64,000 bases of DNA from Burkholderiales bacterium (GTDB lineage Bacteria > Pseudomonadota > Gammaproteobacteria > Burkholderiales > SG8-39): positions 2,453-66,452 of the forward strand of contig JACZJV010000114.1 of NCBI GenBank assembly GCA_014860355.1, in the 5' to 3' direction. This document shows positions 52,480 to 61,715 of this stretch, in pieces; within the stretch, counting starts at the first letter, position 1; every line of letters starts with the position of its first letter. The position numbers and the translations under genes were made by a program. The notes below the pieces were generated by a model, which ran no database searches, had not been told where the DNA came from, and worked only from the letters and a program-made list of their open reading frames with translations.

Positions 52480-52518
52480 CAAAAACCGCCTGCGCCGCAG
52501 GAATCGCGGCGCAGGCGG
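52480..52518 (-). terminator. Intra-operon rho-independent terminator/attenuator hairpin after the binding-protein gene
   Basis: In mRNA sense: CCGCCTGCGCCGC-gattcct-GCGGCGCAGGCGG followed by TTTTT. It lies 13 nt after the SBP stop. The T-run and the 3' arm also belong to a second 17-bp hairpin (52447-52489). Confidence 0.6.
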
Positions 52519-52530
52519 TGAAACGCTTGC

Positions 52531-53880
52531 TTAGCTCGACGCGTCCTTGGCGCAGTCGCGCGCGGGGATCTTCTTCTCGGCCGCATATTTCGCTGCCGAA
52601 GCGCGGATGATAGGCTTGATGATCTGCAGGTCCGACTCGTACGGGCCGGCGGTGACCGTCCACTTCTTCCCGTCCCAGACCTGCACGCGGCCGCTGTGCG
52701 CGCCCTCGTGATCGACGCAGCTGGTCCCGACCGGATTCATGAAGCCATCGAAGCCGAGCTTCTTGATCGCGGCGGCGTCGATCGCAAGGTTTTCCAGGCC
52801 CCAGCGCACCTGCTCGCCGGTGAGCGGTTTCTTGCCGTACTTGAACTGGGCGCGCTTTACCGCTTCCACACCCATCATCGCCGACACCATGCCGCGGTTG
52901 TACAGCACCTCGCCGACCTCTTCCTTCTTGCCGGTGCCCTGGCCCTTGTCGTAGACATACTTGATGATGTCCTTGTGCACCTGCCCCTGGCCGGCCGGTG
53001 CGAGGAAAACCAGCGCGTTATAGCCCTTGGCGCCATCGCCCGCCGGCAGCACATCGGGCTCGGCCCCGGACCACCATACGCCGTACATTTTTTCGCGCGG
53101 ATAGCCGGTCGCGACCGCTTCCTTGATCGAGGTCGAGTTCATCACGCCCCAGCCCCAGAGGAAAACGTAATCTGGCCGCTGTTGGCGAATCTGCAGCCAG
53201 GTGGCCTTCTGTTCCACGCCCGGGTGGGTGACCGGCAGCAGCAGCAGTTCGTAGCCGTGCATCTTCGAGCGCTCCTGCAGCAGCGGAATCGGCTCTTTGC
53301 CATAGGGCGAGTCATGGTAGACCAGCGCGATCTTCTTGCCCTTCAGTTTGTCCGTGCCGCCCTGCAGTTTGCCCACGTGCTGGACCAGAATGTCGGCCGC
53401 ATCCCAGTAGGTCCCGCCCAGCGGGAAGTTCCACTTGAACACGGTGCCGTCGACCGAATCTGCGCGGCCGTAGCCGGCGGTAACCAGCGGAATCTTGTCC
53501 TTCGGCGCCTTGTCGGTCAGGGCGAAAGTGATGCCGGTCGAAAGCGGCTGGAACAGCGTCGCGCCGGTCGCGCCCTTGCCCTTCAGACGCTCGTAGCACT
53601 CGACGCCGCGGTCGGTGGCATAGCCCGTTTCGCACTCCTCGAAGGTGACCTTGACACCACCGATACCGCCGTCGCGCGCGTTGACCAGCTTCAGATAATC
53701 CACATATCCATTGGCGAAGGGCACGCCGTTGGGCGCATAAGCTCCGGTGCGGTACACCAGCGCCGGGAAAAACTGCTCCTTGTCTGCCGCCTGGACCGGC
53801 CCGCTGGCCGTGACCGCCACGACCGCAGCGATCGTCCCGACGGAAGCCGCCAGAATCCTCATTTTTTCTGCTAGTTTCAT
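52531..53880 (-). CDS. ABC transporter substrate-binding protein (LIV/amide/aromatic-acid type I PBP)
   Basis: ATG 53880 preceded by aaggagg (ORF 52531..53934). Signal peptide ...GPVQA, then FFPALVYRTGAYAPNGVPFANGYVDYLKLVNARDGGIGG. Confidence 0.88.
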   Translation of the reverse strand: MKLAEKMRILAASVGTIAAVVAVTASGPVQAADKEQFFPALVYRTGAYAPNGVPFANGYVDYLKLVNARDGGIGGVKVTFEECETGYATDRGVECYERLKGKGATGATLFQPLSTGITFALTDKAPKDKIPLVTAGYGRADSVDGTVFKWNFPLGGTYWDAADILVQHVGKLQGGTDKLKGKKIALVYHDSPYGKEPIPLLQERSKMHGYELLLLPVTHPGVEQKATWLQIRQQRPDYVFLWGWGVMNSTSIKEAVATGYPREKMYGVWWSGAEPDVLPAGDGAKGYNALVFLAPAGQGQVHKDIIKYVYDKGQGTGKKEEVGEVLYNRGMVSAMMGVEAVKRAQFKYGKKPLTGEQVRWGLENLAIDAAAIKKLGFDGFMNPVGTSCVDHEGAHSGRVQVWDGKKWTVTAGPYESDLQIIKPIIRASAAKYAAEKKIPARDCAKDASS

Positions 53881-53960
53881 CTCCGTTACCTCCTTAGAAA
53901 AAAGCCGAAGGCGGGACGCCCACGACGGTGACACAAAGCCCTCTTACGCCGAGACCATCC

Positions 53961-55025
53961 CTAATGCGGGAATGGCCACAGGCGCAACTTCTCCTTGCCT
54001 ATCGCCCACAGGCGCGCCAAGCCCTGCGGTTCCACAATCAGGAAAAATATGATCAGCGCGCCGAAAATCATCGACTCCAGATGCGACACCATCGCGGTCG
54101 ACATGTCGATTCCCAGCCAGTCCGGCGCCCGGTTCAGCAGGATGGGCAGCGCCACGATGAAGAAGGCGCCGAAGAAACTGCCGAGGATGGAGCCCATGCC
54201 GCCGATGATGATCATGAACAACAGATTCAGCGACAGCGTGATATTGAATGCCAGCGGCTCCCATGAGCCCAAATGCACGAATCCCCATAGCGCGCCGGCG
54301 ACGCCTACATAGAAGGAACTCACGCCAAAGGCGGTGAGCTTGGCGTACACGGGTCGGATGCCGATCACCTCGGCCGCGACATCCATGTCGCGCATCGCCA
54401 TCCAGGCGCGGCCCAGGTGGCTGCGTACCAGGTTCTTCGCCAGCACGGCAAACACCGTCACTACCGCGGCGAGGAACAGATACTTCCTCACCGGGGAGTT
54501 GATCGGGAAACCGAACAGGTCGATGGTGGCCGTGGATACCGAACCGGACGACGCATAGTTGGTGAACCACTTGACCCGGGCGAAGGTCCAGTCCATGAAG
54601 AACTGCGCTGCCAGCGTCGCCACGGCCAGGTACAGGCCGCGGATGCGCAGGCTGGGAATACCGAACAGCAGGCCCACCAGAGCCGCAATCAGACCCGCCA
54701 GAACCAGCACCACCAGGAAATTGAGCTGCGGCACGCGCAGCACCAGGTTATAGGCCGCATACGCGCCCACCGACATGAAGGCCGCGTGGCCGATCGAAAT
54801 CTGGCCGCAGTAGCCCACCAACAGATTCAGGCCCAGCGCCGCCAGCGAGAGGATCAGAAACGGGATCAGGATCGACAGAAAGAAATAATCGCTGAAGACG
54901 AAAGGCGCGCCGACGAACACGAACGCGAGCAGCAGGCCCATGAACATGCGGTCCTGCAGGATCGGCAGCATCTGCTGATCCGCCCGGTAGCTGGTCTTGA
55001 ACTGTCCGTTTTCTCTGTAGAGCAT
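53961..55025 (-). CDS. ABC transporter permease (LivM-like)
   Basis: ATG 55025 (MLYRENGQFKTSY) in ORF 53961..55127. LNLLVGYCGQISIGHAAFMSVGAY. Confidence 0.88.
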   Translation of the reverse strand: MLYRENGQFKTSYRADQQMLPILQDRMFMGLLLAFVFVGAPFVFSDYFFLSILIPFLILSLAALGLNLLVGYCGQISIGHAAFMSVGAYAAYNLVLRVPQLNFLVVLVLAGLIAALVGLLFGIPSLRIRGLYLAVATLAAQFFMDWTFARVKWFTNYASSGSVSTATIDLFGFPINSPVRKYLFLAAVVTVFAVLAKNLVRSHLGRAWMAMRDMDVAAEVIGIRPVYAKLTAFGVSSFYVGVAGALWGFVHLGSWEPLAFNITLSLNLLFMIIIGGMGSILGSFFGAFFIVALPILLNRAPDWLGIDMSTAMVSHLESMIFGALIIFFLIVEPQGLARLWAIGKEKLRLWPFPH

Positions 55026-55047
55026 GTCTTCAGCCTGTGAATTCCGG

Positions 55048-56049
55048 TTACACGCGATCGATATGCTTTTCGCCGAACAGGCCTTCCGGCAGGACCAGCA
55101 GGAACAGCAGCGCCAGCACGTAGGCAAACCAGTTTTCTATGCCGCCGCCGGCCAGGTCGAACGCCTTGACCATCACCGGCCCGAGGAAGACCTCGGCCAT
55201 TTTCTCGCCGACGCCGATGATCAGGCCGCCGATGATCGCACCCGGGATCGAAGTAAAGCCGCCGAGTATCACCACCGGTAGCGCTTTGAGCGCAACCTGC
55301 GAAATCGAAAACTGCACGCCGAGCTTGGCCCCCCAGACCACCCCCGCGACCAGCGCCACTATCCCGGCCAGGGACCACACGATGACCCAGATGCGGTTAA
55401 GCGGAATGCCGATCGATTGCGCGGCCAGGTGATCGTCGGCGACCGCGCGCAGCGCCCGTCCGGTCTTGGTCTTCTGGAAGAACAAGGCGAGCAGGATCAC
55501 CAGCAGCGCCGCGGCCGCGGTCGCCGCAACGTCATCCTTATTGATCAGGATGCCGCCTTCGAACAACTGGCCGAGTATCATCACCGGCTCCTTGGCGATG
55601 CCCAGATCGATTTCATAGATGTCGCTGCCCCAGACCGTCTGCCCGAATCCGTCCACAAAATAGGTCACGCCCAGCGTCGCCATCAGCAGCACCACCGGGT
55701 CCTGGTTCACCAGCGGGCGCAGCACCAGCCGCTCGATGACGAAGGCCAATGCCACCATGATGACGACCGCCAGCAACATCGCCGCCCACAGCGGCATCTT
55801 CTCCGCCATGCGCGCCACCGACAGCGCCGCGAACAGCACCATGGCGCCCTGCGCAAAGTTGAACACGCCCGAGGCCTTGAAGATCAGCACGAAGCCGAGC
55901 GCGACCAGCGAATAAAGCACGCCCGCCATCAGGCCGCCGAGCAGCACTTCGGTGTAGAAGCCGGCGCCGCTCGCGCCGGTCACGAGCGGTGCGATGAGTC
56001 CCGCCAACAGTGCGGCGAACAGGATGATCAGGTTGCGATTTCTTTTCAT
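55048..56049 (-). CDS. ABC transporter permease (LivH-like)
   Basis: 333 aa, multi-TM. GLMAGVLYSLVALGFVLIFKASGVFNFAQG. Confidence 0.88.
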   Translation of the reverse strand: MKRNRNLIILFAALLAGLIAPLVTGASGAGFYTEVLLGGLMAGVLYSLVALGFVLIFKASGVFNFAQGAMVLFAALSVARMAEKMPLWAAMLLAVVIMVALAFVIERLVLRPLVNQDPVVLLMATLGVTYFVDGFGQTVWGSDIYEIDLGIAKEPVMILGQLFEGGILINKDDVAATAAAALLVILLALFFQKTKTGRALRAVADDHLAAQSIGIPLNRIWVIVWSLAGIVALVAGVVWGAKLGVQFSISQVALKALPVVILGGFTSIPGAIIGGLIIGVGEKMAEVFLGPVMVKAFDLAGGGIENWFAYVLALLFLLVLPEGLFGEKHIDRV

Positions 56050-56062
56050 GCCCGTACCCGTG

Positions 56063-56863
56063 TCAATGGCTCACGCCGAGGTAGGCGTCAATCACGGCCT
56101 GGTTGCCGCGCACTTGCTCAGGCGTGCCGTCGCCGATCTTCCTGCCGTAATCGAGGACGATGACCCGGTCCGAAATATCCATGACCACGCCCATGTCGTG
56201 CTCGATTAGGACGATGGTGGTGCCGAATTGGTCGTTGACGTCGAGGATGAAGCGGCACATGTCCTGCTTTTCTTCCACATTCATCCCGGCCATCGGTTCA
56301 TCGAGCAGCAGCAGCTTGGGCTCCATCGCGAGGGCGCGGGCGAGGTCGACGCGCTTTTGCAGGCCGTAGGGCAGGCGCCCGACCGGGGTCTTGCGATAGG
56401 CCTGGATCTCGAGGAAATCGATGACCTGCTCTACCGCCTCGCGGTGCTGCAGTTCCTCGCGCTCGGCCGAGGGCAGGCGAAACGCCTGCGCCAGCAAGCC
56501 GGATTTCATGCGCAGGTTGCGCCCGGTCATGATGTTGTCGAGCACCGACATGCCCTTGAACAGGGCGATGTTCTGAAACGTGCGCGCAATGCCCTGCACC
56601 GCCGCCTCGTGCGTATTCACGTCATGGCGCTTTGCACCCAGGTAGGAGACAGTGCCCTGCTGCGGATGGTAGACGCCGTTGATCACGTTCAGCATCGAGC
56701 TCTTGCCCGCACCGTTGGGTCCGATGATGGCGCGGATTTCATGCTCGCGCACGTCGAAGGTGACGCCCTGCAGCGCACGCACGCCGCCGAAGGCGAGCGA
56801 AATGTCCTGCAGGTCGAGGACCACATCGCCGATCGACTTGCCGTTGCTCAAGCCGCCTCCCAT
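56063..56863 (-). CDS. ABC transporter ATP-binding protein (LivG-like)
   Basis: 266 aa. GPNGAGKSS, LPYGLQKRVDLARAL and LLLDEPMAG. Confidence 0.9.
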   Translation of the reverse strand: MGGGLSNGKSIGDVVLDLQDISLAFGGVRALQGVTFDVREHEIRAIIGPNGAGKSSMLNVINGVYHPQQGTVSYLGAKRHDVNTHEAAVQGIARTFQNIALFKGMSVLDNIMTGRNLRMKSGLLAQAFRLPSAEREELQHREAVEQVIDFLEIQAYRKTPVGRLPYGLQKRVDLARALAMEPKLLLLDEPMAGMNVEEKQDMCRFILDVNDQFGTTIVLIEHDMGVVMDISDRVIVLDYGRKIGDGTPEQVRGNQAVIDAYLGVSH

Positions 56864-58809
56864 CAGGCGGCCTTTTTTGCCGTCGCAGGCGCAAAGGTCT
56901 TGACTTCCTCGATGCGCAGCTCGGCGCTGACCTTGCCGCTACGACCGTCCTCGAACTTGACCTGGGTCTCGATGAACTGCGAGGCCTTGCCCGAGTAAAG
57001 CGCGTCGATCAGGACATTGTATTTTTCCGCGACGAAACCGCGGCGCACCTTGCGCGTGCGCGTGAGTTCGTCGTCATCCGGATCGAGTTCCTTGTGCAGG
57101 ATAAGAAAACGATGCACCTGGGAATCGCACAGCGCGGGATCGAGCGCGAGCTCGGCGTTGGCCTTTTCCACGCACTCGCGCACCAGCGCGTAGACCTCCG
57201 GCTTCTGCGCGAGGTCGGTGTAGCCCGAGTAGGGAATATTGCGCCGCTCGGCCCAGTTCCCGACTGCGCCGATGTCAATGTTGATGAAGGCGCACACCAT
57301 CTCGCGCCGGTCACCGAAGGCGACCGCCTCGCGGATATGGGAGAAGAACTTGAGCTTGTTCTCGATGTAATTCGGCGCATAGATAGCGCCGTTCGCCAGC
57401 TTGCCGACGTCCTTGGCGCGGTCGATGATCTTCAGCTGTCCGTCGACGTCGAAAAACCCGGCGTCGCCCGTGTGGAAATACCCCTGGGCGTCTATGGTCT
57501 CCGCAGTGGCGTCAGGCCGCTTGTAGTATTCCTTGAACATCGCCGCGCTTTTCACCAGCACTTCGCCGCTTTCGGCGATCTTGACTTCCACGCCGGGCGC
57601 GGGAATACCGACCGTGTCGAGCTTGATCTTACCGTCCTGCTGCAGGCAGACATAGGCGCAGGTTTCGGTCGAGCCGTAGAGCTGCTTCAAGTTGATGCCG
57701 ATGGAGCGGTAAAAGCGGAACAGGTCGGGGCCGATCGCCGCACCTGCGGTGTAGGCCACGCGCACGCGGCTCATGCCGAGCACGTTGCGCAAGGGGCCGT
57801 ACACGAGCACGTTGCCAAGCGCGTAGAGCAGGCGCTTGCCTGCGCCTACGTCCTTGCCGTCGAGAATATCGGCGCCCCACTTCCTCGCCACGTCCATGAA
57901 GTAATGGAACATGCCGCGCTTGATCGCGCCCGCGTCCTCGATGCGGATCATTACCTGGGTGAGCAGGTTCTCGAATACCCGCGGCGGCGCGAAATAGTAG
58001 GTCGGCCCGATCTCGCGCATATCGGTCATCACCGTTTCGCCCGACTCCGGGCAATTGACGGTGAAGCCGGCCATCAGCGACTGGGCGTAGGAAAACAGGT
58101 TGTCCCCCACCCAGGCCATCGGCAGGTAGGACAGGATTTCGTCCTCCGCGGTCAAGCGGTCGAAGCCGCAGCCGCCGCGCGCCGCATTGATCAGCGCCGA
58201 ATGGGTGATGCACACGCCCTTGGGCTTGCCCGTGGTGCCGGAGGTATAGAGCATGATCGCCACGTCTTCGGGCTTGCCCTGCTTGATTTCGCGCTCGATG
58301 AAATCCGGTTGCCTGGCGCTGCGCCCCAACTCCTGCACCGCGTCCAGGCTCTTGATGAAGGGCTGCTTGTAGTGGCGCAGGCCGCGCGGGTCGTCATACA
58401 GTATGTGTTCCAGACCCGTCGCGCGCTCGCGGCACTCGAGCAGCTTGTCCACCTGTTCCTGGTCCTCGACAATGGCGAACCTGATGCCGGCGTCCTGCAG
58501 CACATACTCCAGTTCCAGCGCGACCGCATCCTGGTACATCGGCACCGGAATCCCGCCCAGGCATTGCGCCGCGGTCATGGCCCAGTACAGGCGCGGGCGG
58601 TTGTCGCCGATGATGGCAAGACTGTCGCCGCGGCGAAAGCCGAGCTCGGCCAGACCGCAGGCGAGCGCGCGCACCTCGGCCGAGACTTGGCCCCAGTTCC
58701 AAGTCTGCCAGATGCCCAGGTCTTTTTCGCGTATCGCCGGATGCAGGGCGCGCACGACCGCGTGCTGCAGCAGCAGCCGCGGAAACGTATCCACAGACCC
58801 ATCTGACAT
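56863..58809 (-). CDS. AMP-dependent synthetase/ligase (long-chain-fatty-acid--CoA ligase-like)
   Basis: ATG 58809 preceded by ggaggag (ORF 56863..58824). AMP-binding motif MLYTSGTTGKPKGV, YGSTE and TGD. Confidence 0.88.
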   Translation of the reverse strand: MSDGSVDTFPRLLLQHAVVRALHPAIREKDLGIWQTWNWGQVSAEVRALACGLAELGFRRGDSLAIIGDNRPRLYWAMTAAQCLGGIPVPMYQDAVALELEYVLQDAGIRFAIVEDQEQVDKLLECRERATGLEHILYDDPRGLRHYKQPFIKSLDAVQELGRSARQPDFIEREIKQGKPEDVAIMLYTSGTTGKPKGVCITHSALINAARGGCGFDRLTAEDEILSYLPMAWVGDNLFSYAQSLMAGFTVNCPESGETVMTDMREIGPTYYFAPPRVFENLLTQVMIRIEDAGAIKRGMFHYFMDVARKWGADILDGKDVGAGKRLLYALGNVLVYGPLRNVLGMSRVRVAYTAGAAIGPDLFRFYRSIGINLKQLYGSTETCAYVCLQQDGKIKLDTVGIPAPGVEVKIAESGEVLVKSAAMFKEYYKRPDATAETIDAQGYFHTGDAGFFDVDGQLKIIDRAKDVGKLANGAIYAPNYIENKLKFFSHIREAVAFGDRREMVCAFINIDIGAVGNWAERRNIPYSGYTDLAQKPEVYALVRECVEKANAELALDPALCDSQVHRFLILHKELDPDDDELTRTRKVRRGFVAEKYNVLIDALYSGKASQFIETQVKFEDGRSGKVSAELRIEEVKTFAPATAKKAA

Positions 58810-59012
58810 CGGATTCTCCTCCAACGCGTTGCACCCCTGTGCCGGGGTGTTTTCGGATCATTGTAGCCTAAAGCCGGCCCTCCCCCAAACGCGCGCCTGC
58901 TTCCGCAACTCCAGGCGCAGAGCGTAGCAGCGTCTTGGGTGCGCAATCATACAGTACAATTTTCAGGCAAAATGTCGCTTGCCCGACACTCGGGTGCTGG
59001 CGGCGACACCTA

Positions 59013-59687
59013 ATGCGATCACTGGATGACATGTTGGCCTTGAGTTCCTGGACCAGGGAACTGCCCCTGGAGCAACTGAGCCGGGTGCGCACAGCCATCG
59101 CCGTACGCGATTTCGCAGCCGGCGCCTGCATCTGCCGCAAAGGCGACCCTGCGAGCGCCTGGCTCGGCGTGATCGACGGACTGGTAAAGATACACAGCCT
59201 CTCGCCCGAGGGTAAATCGGTCACGTTTGCGGGCATACCCGCCGGCGGCTGGTTCGCCGAAGGCTCGGTACTGCGGGGACTACCCTTCAAGTACGACGTC
59301 GTGGCACTGCGCGACTCGCGCATCGCGTTCATGCCCGAGGCCACCTTTCACTGGCTGCTGGACACCAGCATCGCGTTCAACCGCTTTCTGCTGAAACAAT
59401 TGAACGAGCGCCTGGGTCAATTCATCGGCATGGTCGAGCACGACCGCCTGCTCGAGCCGGATGCGCGCGTGGCGCGGGCACTGGCGGCACTGTTCAACCC
59501 GCACCTCTACCCCGACTCCGACCCGCACATCCAGATCTCGCAGGAAGAACTCGGCTACCTCGCCGGCGCCTCGCGCCAGCGGGTCAATCGCGCGCTGCAG
59601 GTGCTGGGCAATGCCGGCCTGATCAAAGTCGATTACGGCCTCGTGACCGTGCTCGACCTGGACGGCCTGCAAAGTTTCGGCAGTTGA
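59013..59687 (+). CDS. Crp/Fnr-family transcriptional regulator
   Basis: ATG 59013 in ORF 58935..59687. cNMP-binding-like domain (ICRKGDPASAWLGVIDGLVKI) and C-terminal HTH ISQEELGYLAGASRQRVNRALQVL. Divergent from the CoA-ligase/ABC cluster. Confidence 0.8.
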   Translation: MRSLDDMLALSSWTRELPLEQLSRVRTAIAVRDFAAGACICRKGDPASAWLGVIDGLVKIHSLSPEGKSVTFAGIPAGGWFAEGSVLRGLPFKYDVVALRDSRIAFMPEATFHWLLDTSIAFNRFLLKQLNERLGQFIGMVEHDRLLEPDARVARALAALFNPHLYPDSDPHIQISQEELGYLAGASRQRVNRALQVLGNAGLIKVDYGLVTVLDLDGLQSFGS

Positions 59688-59723
59688 TTGCGCGCGGCTG
59701 AATTCAAGTATTCTTGCGCGTAC

Positions 59724-60398
59724 ATGGCTATCCTCTATCTGGTCCGTCACGGCCAGGCCTCCTTCGCCGCTGAGAATTACGACCGCCTGAGCGAACTCGG
59801 CCGGCGGCAATCGGTCTGGCTGGGCGAATATTTCGCCGAGCGCGGCATCGTATTTTCGCGCGCGGTGTGCGGCACGCTGGAGCGCCAGCGCCAGACTGCG
59901 CGCGACATACTCGACACCATGGGGTCGACGCTCACGGCAGAGGAACATCCCGGCTGGAACGAATATTCGGGCGAAGCCCTGTACAAGGCCTACCTCGGCG
60001 ACGAATGGGCGAACGCGCGCGCCCAGGGTGACGTGCGCTCGGTCTACCGCACCATCAAGGCCGCGCTCGCTGCCTGGTCGCAGGACAGACTTTCGGGGCC
60101 GCTGCCCGAGACCTGGAGCGGTTTCGGTGCGCGCATCGCCGCCGCGATGCAAAGCGCCTGCGCCGGCCTGTCCGATGACGACCATGTGCTCGCTGCGACT
60201 TCAGGCGGGGCCATCGGCCGCGGCATCGCCGACCTGCTGCAGGCGCCGGCGCAGACTGCGATAGAACTCAATCTGCAGTTTCGCAACTCGGGATTCTGCG
60301 AGATCTTCTTCAGTCCGCGATCGATGCGGCTGGTGAGTTTCAATTGCGTGCCGCACCTGGAGCGAAGCGACAGGCGCGCGGCGATTACTTACTCTTAG
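59724..60398 (+). CDS. Histidine phosphatase family (phosphoglycerate mutase-like) protein
   Basis: ATG 59724 in ORF 59688..60398. MAILYLVRHGQASF contains the RHG catalytic motif. Confidence 0.8.
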   Translation: MAILYLVRHGQASFAAENYDRLSELGRRQSVWLGEYFAERGIVFSRAVCGTLERQRQTARDILDTMGSTLTAEEHPGWNEYSGEALYKAYLGDEWANARAQGDVRSVYRTIKAALAAWSQDRLSGPLPETWSGFGARIAAAMQSACAGLSDDDHVLAATSGGAIGRGIADLLQAPAQTAIELNLQFRNSGFCEIFFSPRSMRLVSFNCVPHLERSDRRAAITYS

Positions 60399-60462
60399 TG
60401 CGAATCAGAGCGTCTTGAGTACCGTGCGCGTGCCATGCACGGAATTGCGCGCTGCGCGCGCC

Positions 60463-60513
60463 AACCGCGTTTTCTGTACGGATGAAAAGCAAATCCGTAC
60501 AGAAAACGCGGTT
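60463..60513. repeat. REP-like palindromic element, copy 2
   Basis: Perfect 21-bp stem aaccgcgttttctgtacggat / atccgtacagaaaacgcggtt with loop gaaaagcaa. It shares the core cggatgaaaagcaNatccg with copies 1 and 3. Confidence 0.8.
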
Positions 60514-60544
60514 ATTGATAACACCAAAAACAGTGCGCGGGTCT

Positions 60545-60625
60545 TATCCAAGATCGTCGATGGCGTACGGATGTGCTTTTCATCCGTGCGCCATCGACGA
60601 TCCGCGCGGACGGCTTCTCGTCCGC
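60545..60625. repeat. REP-like palindromic element, copy 3 (inverted copy of 6211-6290)
   Basis: gatcgtcgatggcgtacggatg-tgcttttc-atccgtgcgccatcgacgatc followed by cgcgcggacggcttctcgtccgcg. The reverse complement is colinear with 6211-6290 with a few substitutions. Confidence 0.8.
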
Positions 60626-60678
60626 GTAAAATCTAAACCCTGCGACAAGGGCGGCGCGGTTCAAGCCGCTACGAATTT

Positions 60679-61653
60679 TCAATGCAGCCTCGGCTTCTTC
60701 AGAAAGTCGCTGCGGTCGCCCGAGCGCACGTTCAGACGCAGTACGTCGCCCTGGCGCGCGAGCATCAGGGGAACCTCGACGCCCGCATCGCCCAGGCGCC
60801 AGAGCTTGCGCAGAAAATCTGCGAGGCTGGCGGTGCGCTCACCCGCGACCCCTAGCACCAGGTCGCCCGCCAACACTCCGGCGCGCTCGGCCGGACCGCC
60901 CGGCGCCAGCCCGCCCACAATCAGGCGATCGTCCGCGTACTGGGTGTACATGCCCAGCCAGGGACGCGGCGCGCGCGCGGCGCGACCGTGCGCGAGCAAG
61001 TCTTCGAGTATGGGTTCGAGCAGGTCGACCGGCACGAACATATTGCCCTGCTCCGACTCCTCGCCCACGGCCTCCTGCAACAGCAGCGAGCCGATACCCA
61101 CGAGCCGTCCACGCGCATCCACCAGCGCAGCGCCGCCCCATTGCGGATGCGCAGGCGCGGTGAACAAAGCCTCGTCGATCAGGTATTCCCAGTAACCGGC
61201 GAATTCGCGCTTGGCAATCAGCCTGGCCTTGAGGGCGTGCGCGCGCCCCCCGTGGCCGATGACGAACACCTCGTCGCCGGCATCCACGGCAGCGGCCGAG
61301 CCACGTTCAAGCAGCGGCGCCCGCAATTCGCCCAGCGACTGCACCAAGCCGAAGCCGGTGGCCTGGTCGTAGGCAAGCGCATGGCCGGCAACCACCTCGC
61401 CGGCATTGGTCGTGAGCCAGATGGTCTCGGCCTCGGTGATCAGATAGCCTATGGTGAGCACCAGCCCGCCTGCGCCGATCACTACCCCGTAACCGACGCG
61501 CTCGGTGCCGAGGATGCCGCCGGTGAATGCGTCCTCGGGTATTTCCGCGCGCAGCAGCACCACTGCGTCCAACACCCGGGCGAGGTCGAAATCGACCTCG
61601 TCCTCGCGCGGCTGCAGGGATTCGTCAAAGGTCCAAGTGTTCTCATCTGCCAT
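60679..61653 (-). CDS. HtrA/S1C-like trypsin-fold protein with a C-terminal PDZ domain; catalytic triad apparently not conserved
   Basis: 324 aa, no signal peptide. Colinear by eye with DegP: GYGVVIGAGGLVLTIGYLI (vs GSGVII..GYVVTNNHVV), DQATGFGLVQ (vs DPRSDIALIQ), PQWGGAALVDARGRLVGIGS (vs RGNSGGALVNLNGELIGINT). PDZ region: GGLAPGGPAERAGVLAGDLVLGVAG. Confidence 0.75.
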   Translation of the reverse strand: MADENTWTFDESLQPREDEVDFDLARVLDAVVLLRAEIPEDAFTGGILGTERVGYGVVIGAGGLVLTIGYLITEAETIWLTTNAGEVVAGHALAYDQATGFGLVQSLGELRAPLLERGSAAAVDAGDEVFVIGHGGRAHALKARLIAKREFAGYWEYLIDEALFTAPAHPQWGGAALVDARGRLVGIGSLLLQEAVGEESEQGNMFVPVDLLEPILEDLLAHGRAARAPRPWLGMYTQYADDRLIVGGLAPGGPAERAGVLAGDLVLGVAGERTASLADFLRKLWRLGDAGVEVPLMLARQGDVLRLNVRSGDRSDFLKKPRLH

Positions 61654-61715
61654 AAGTGTTCGATTTTGCCACGTTGCCGCCTAGCCCGCGGACAAGTTCC
61701 GCCGCGCGCACGGGA

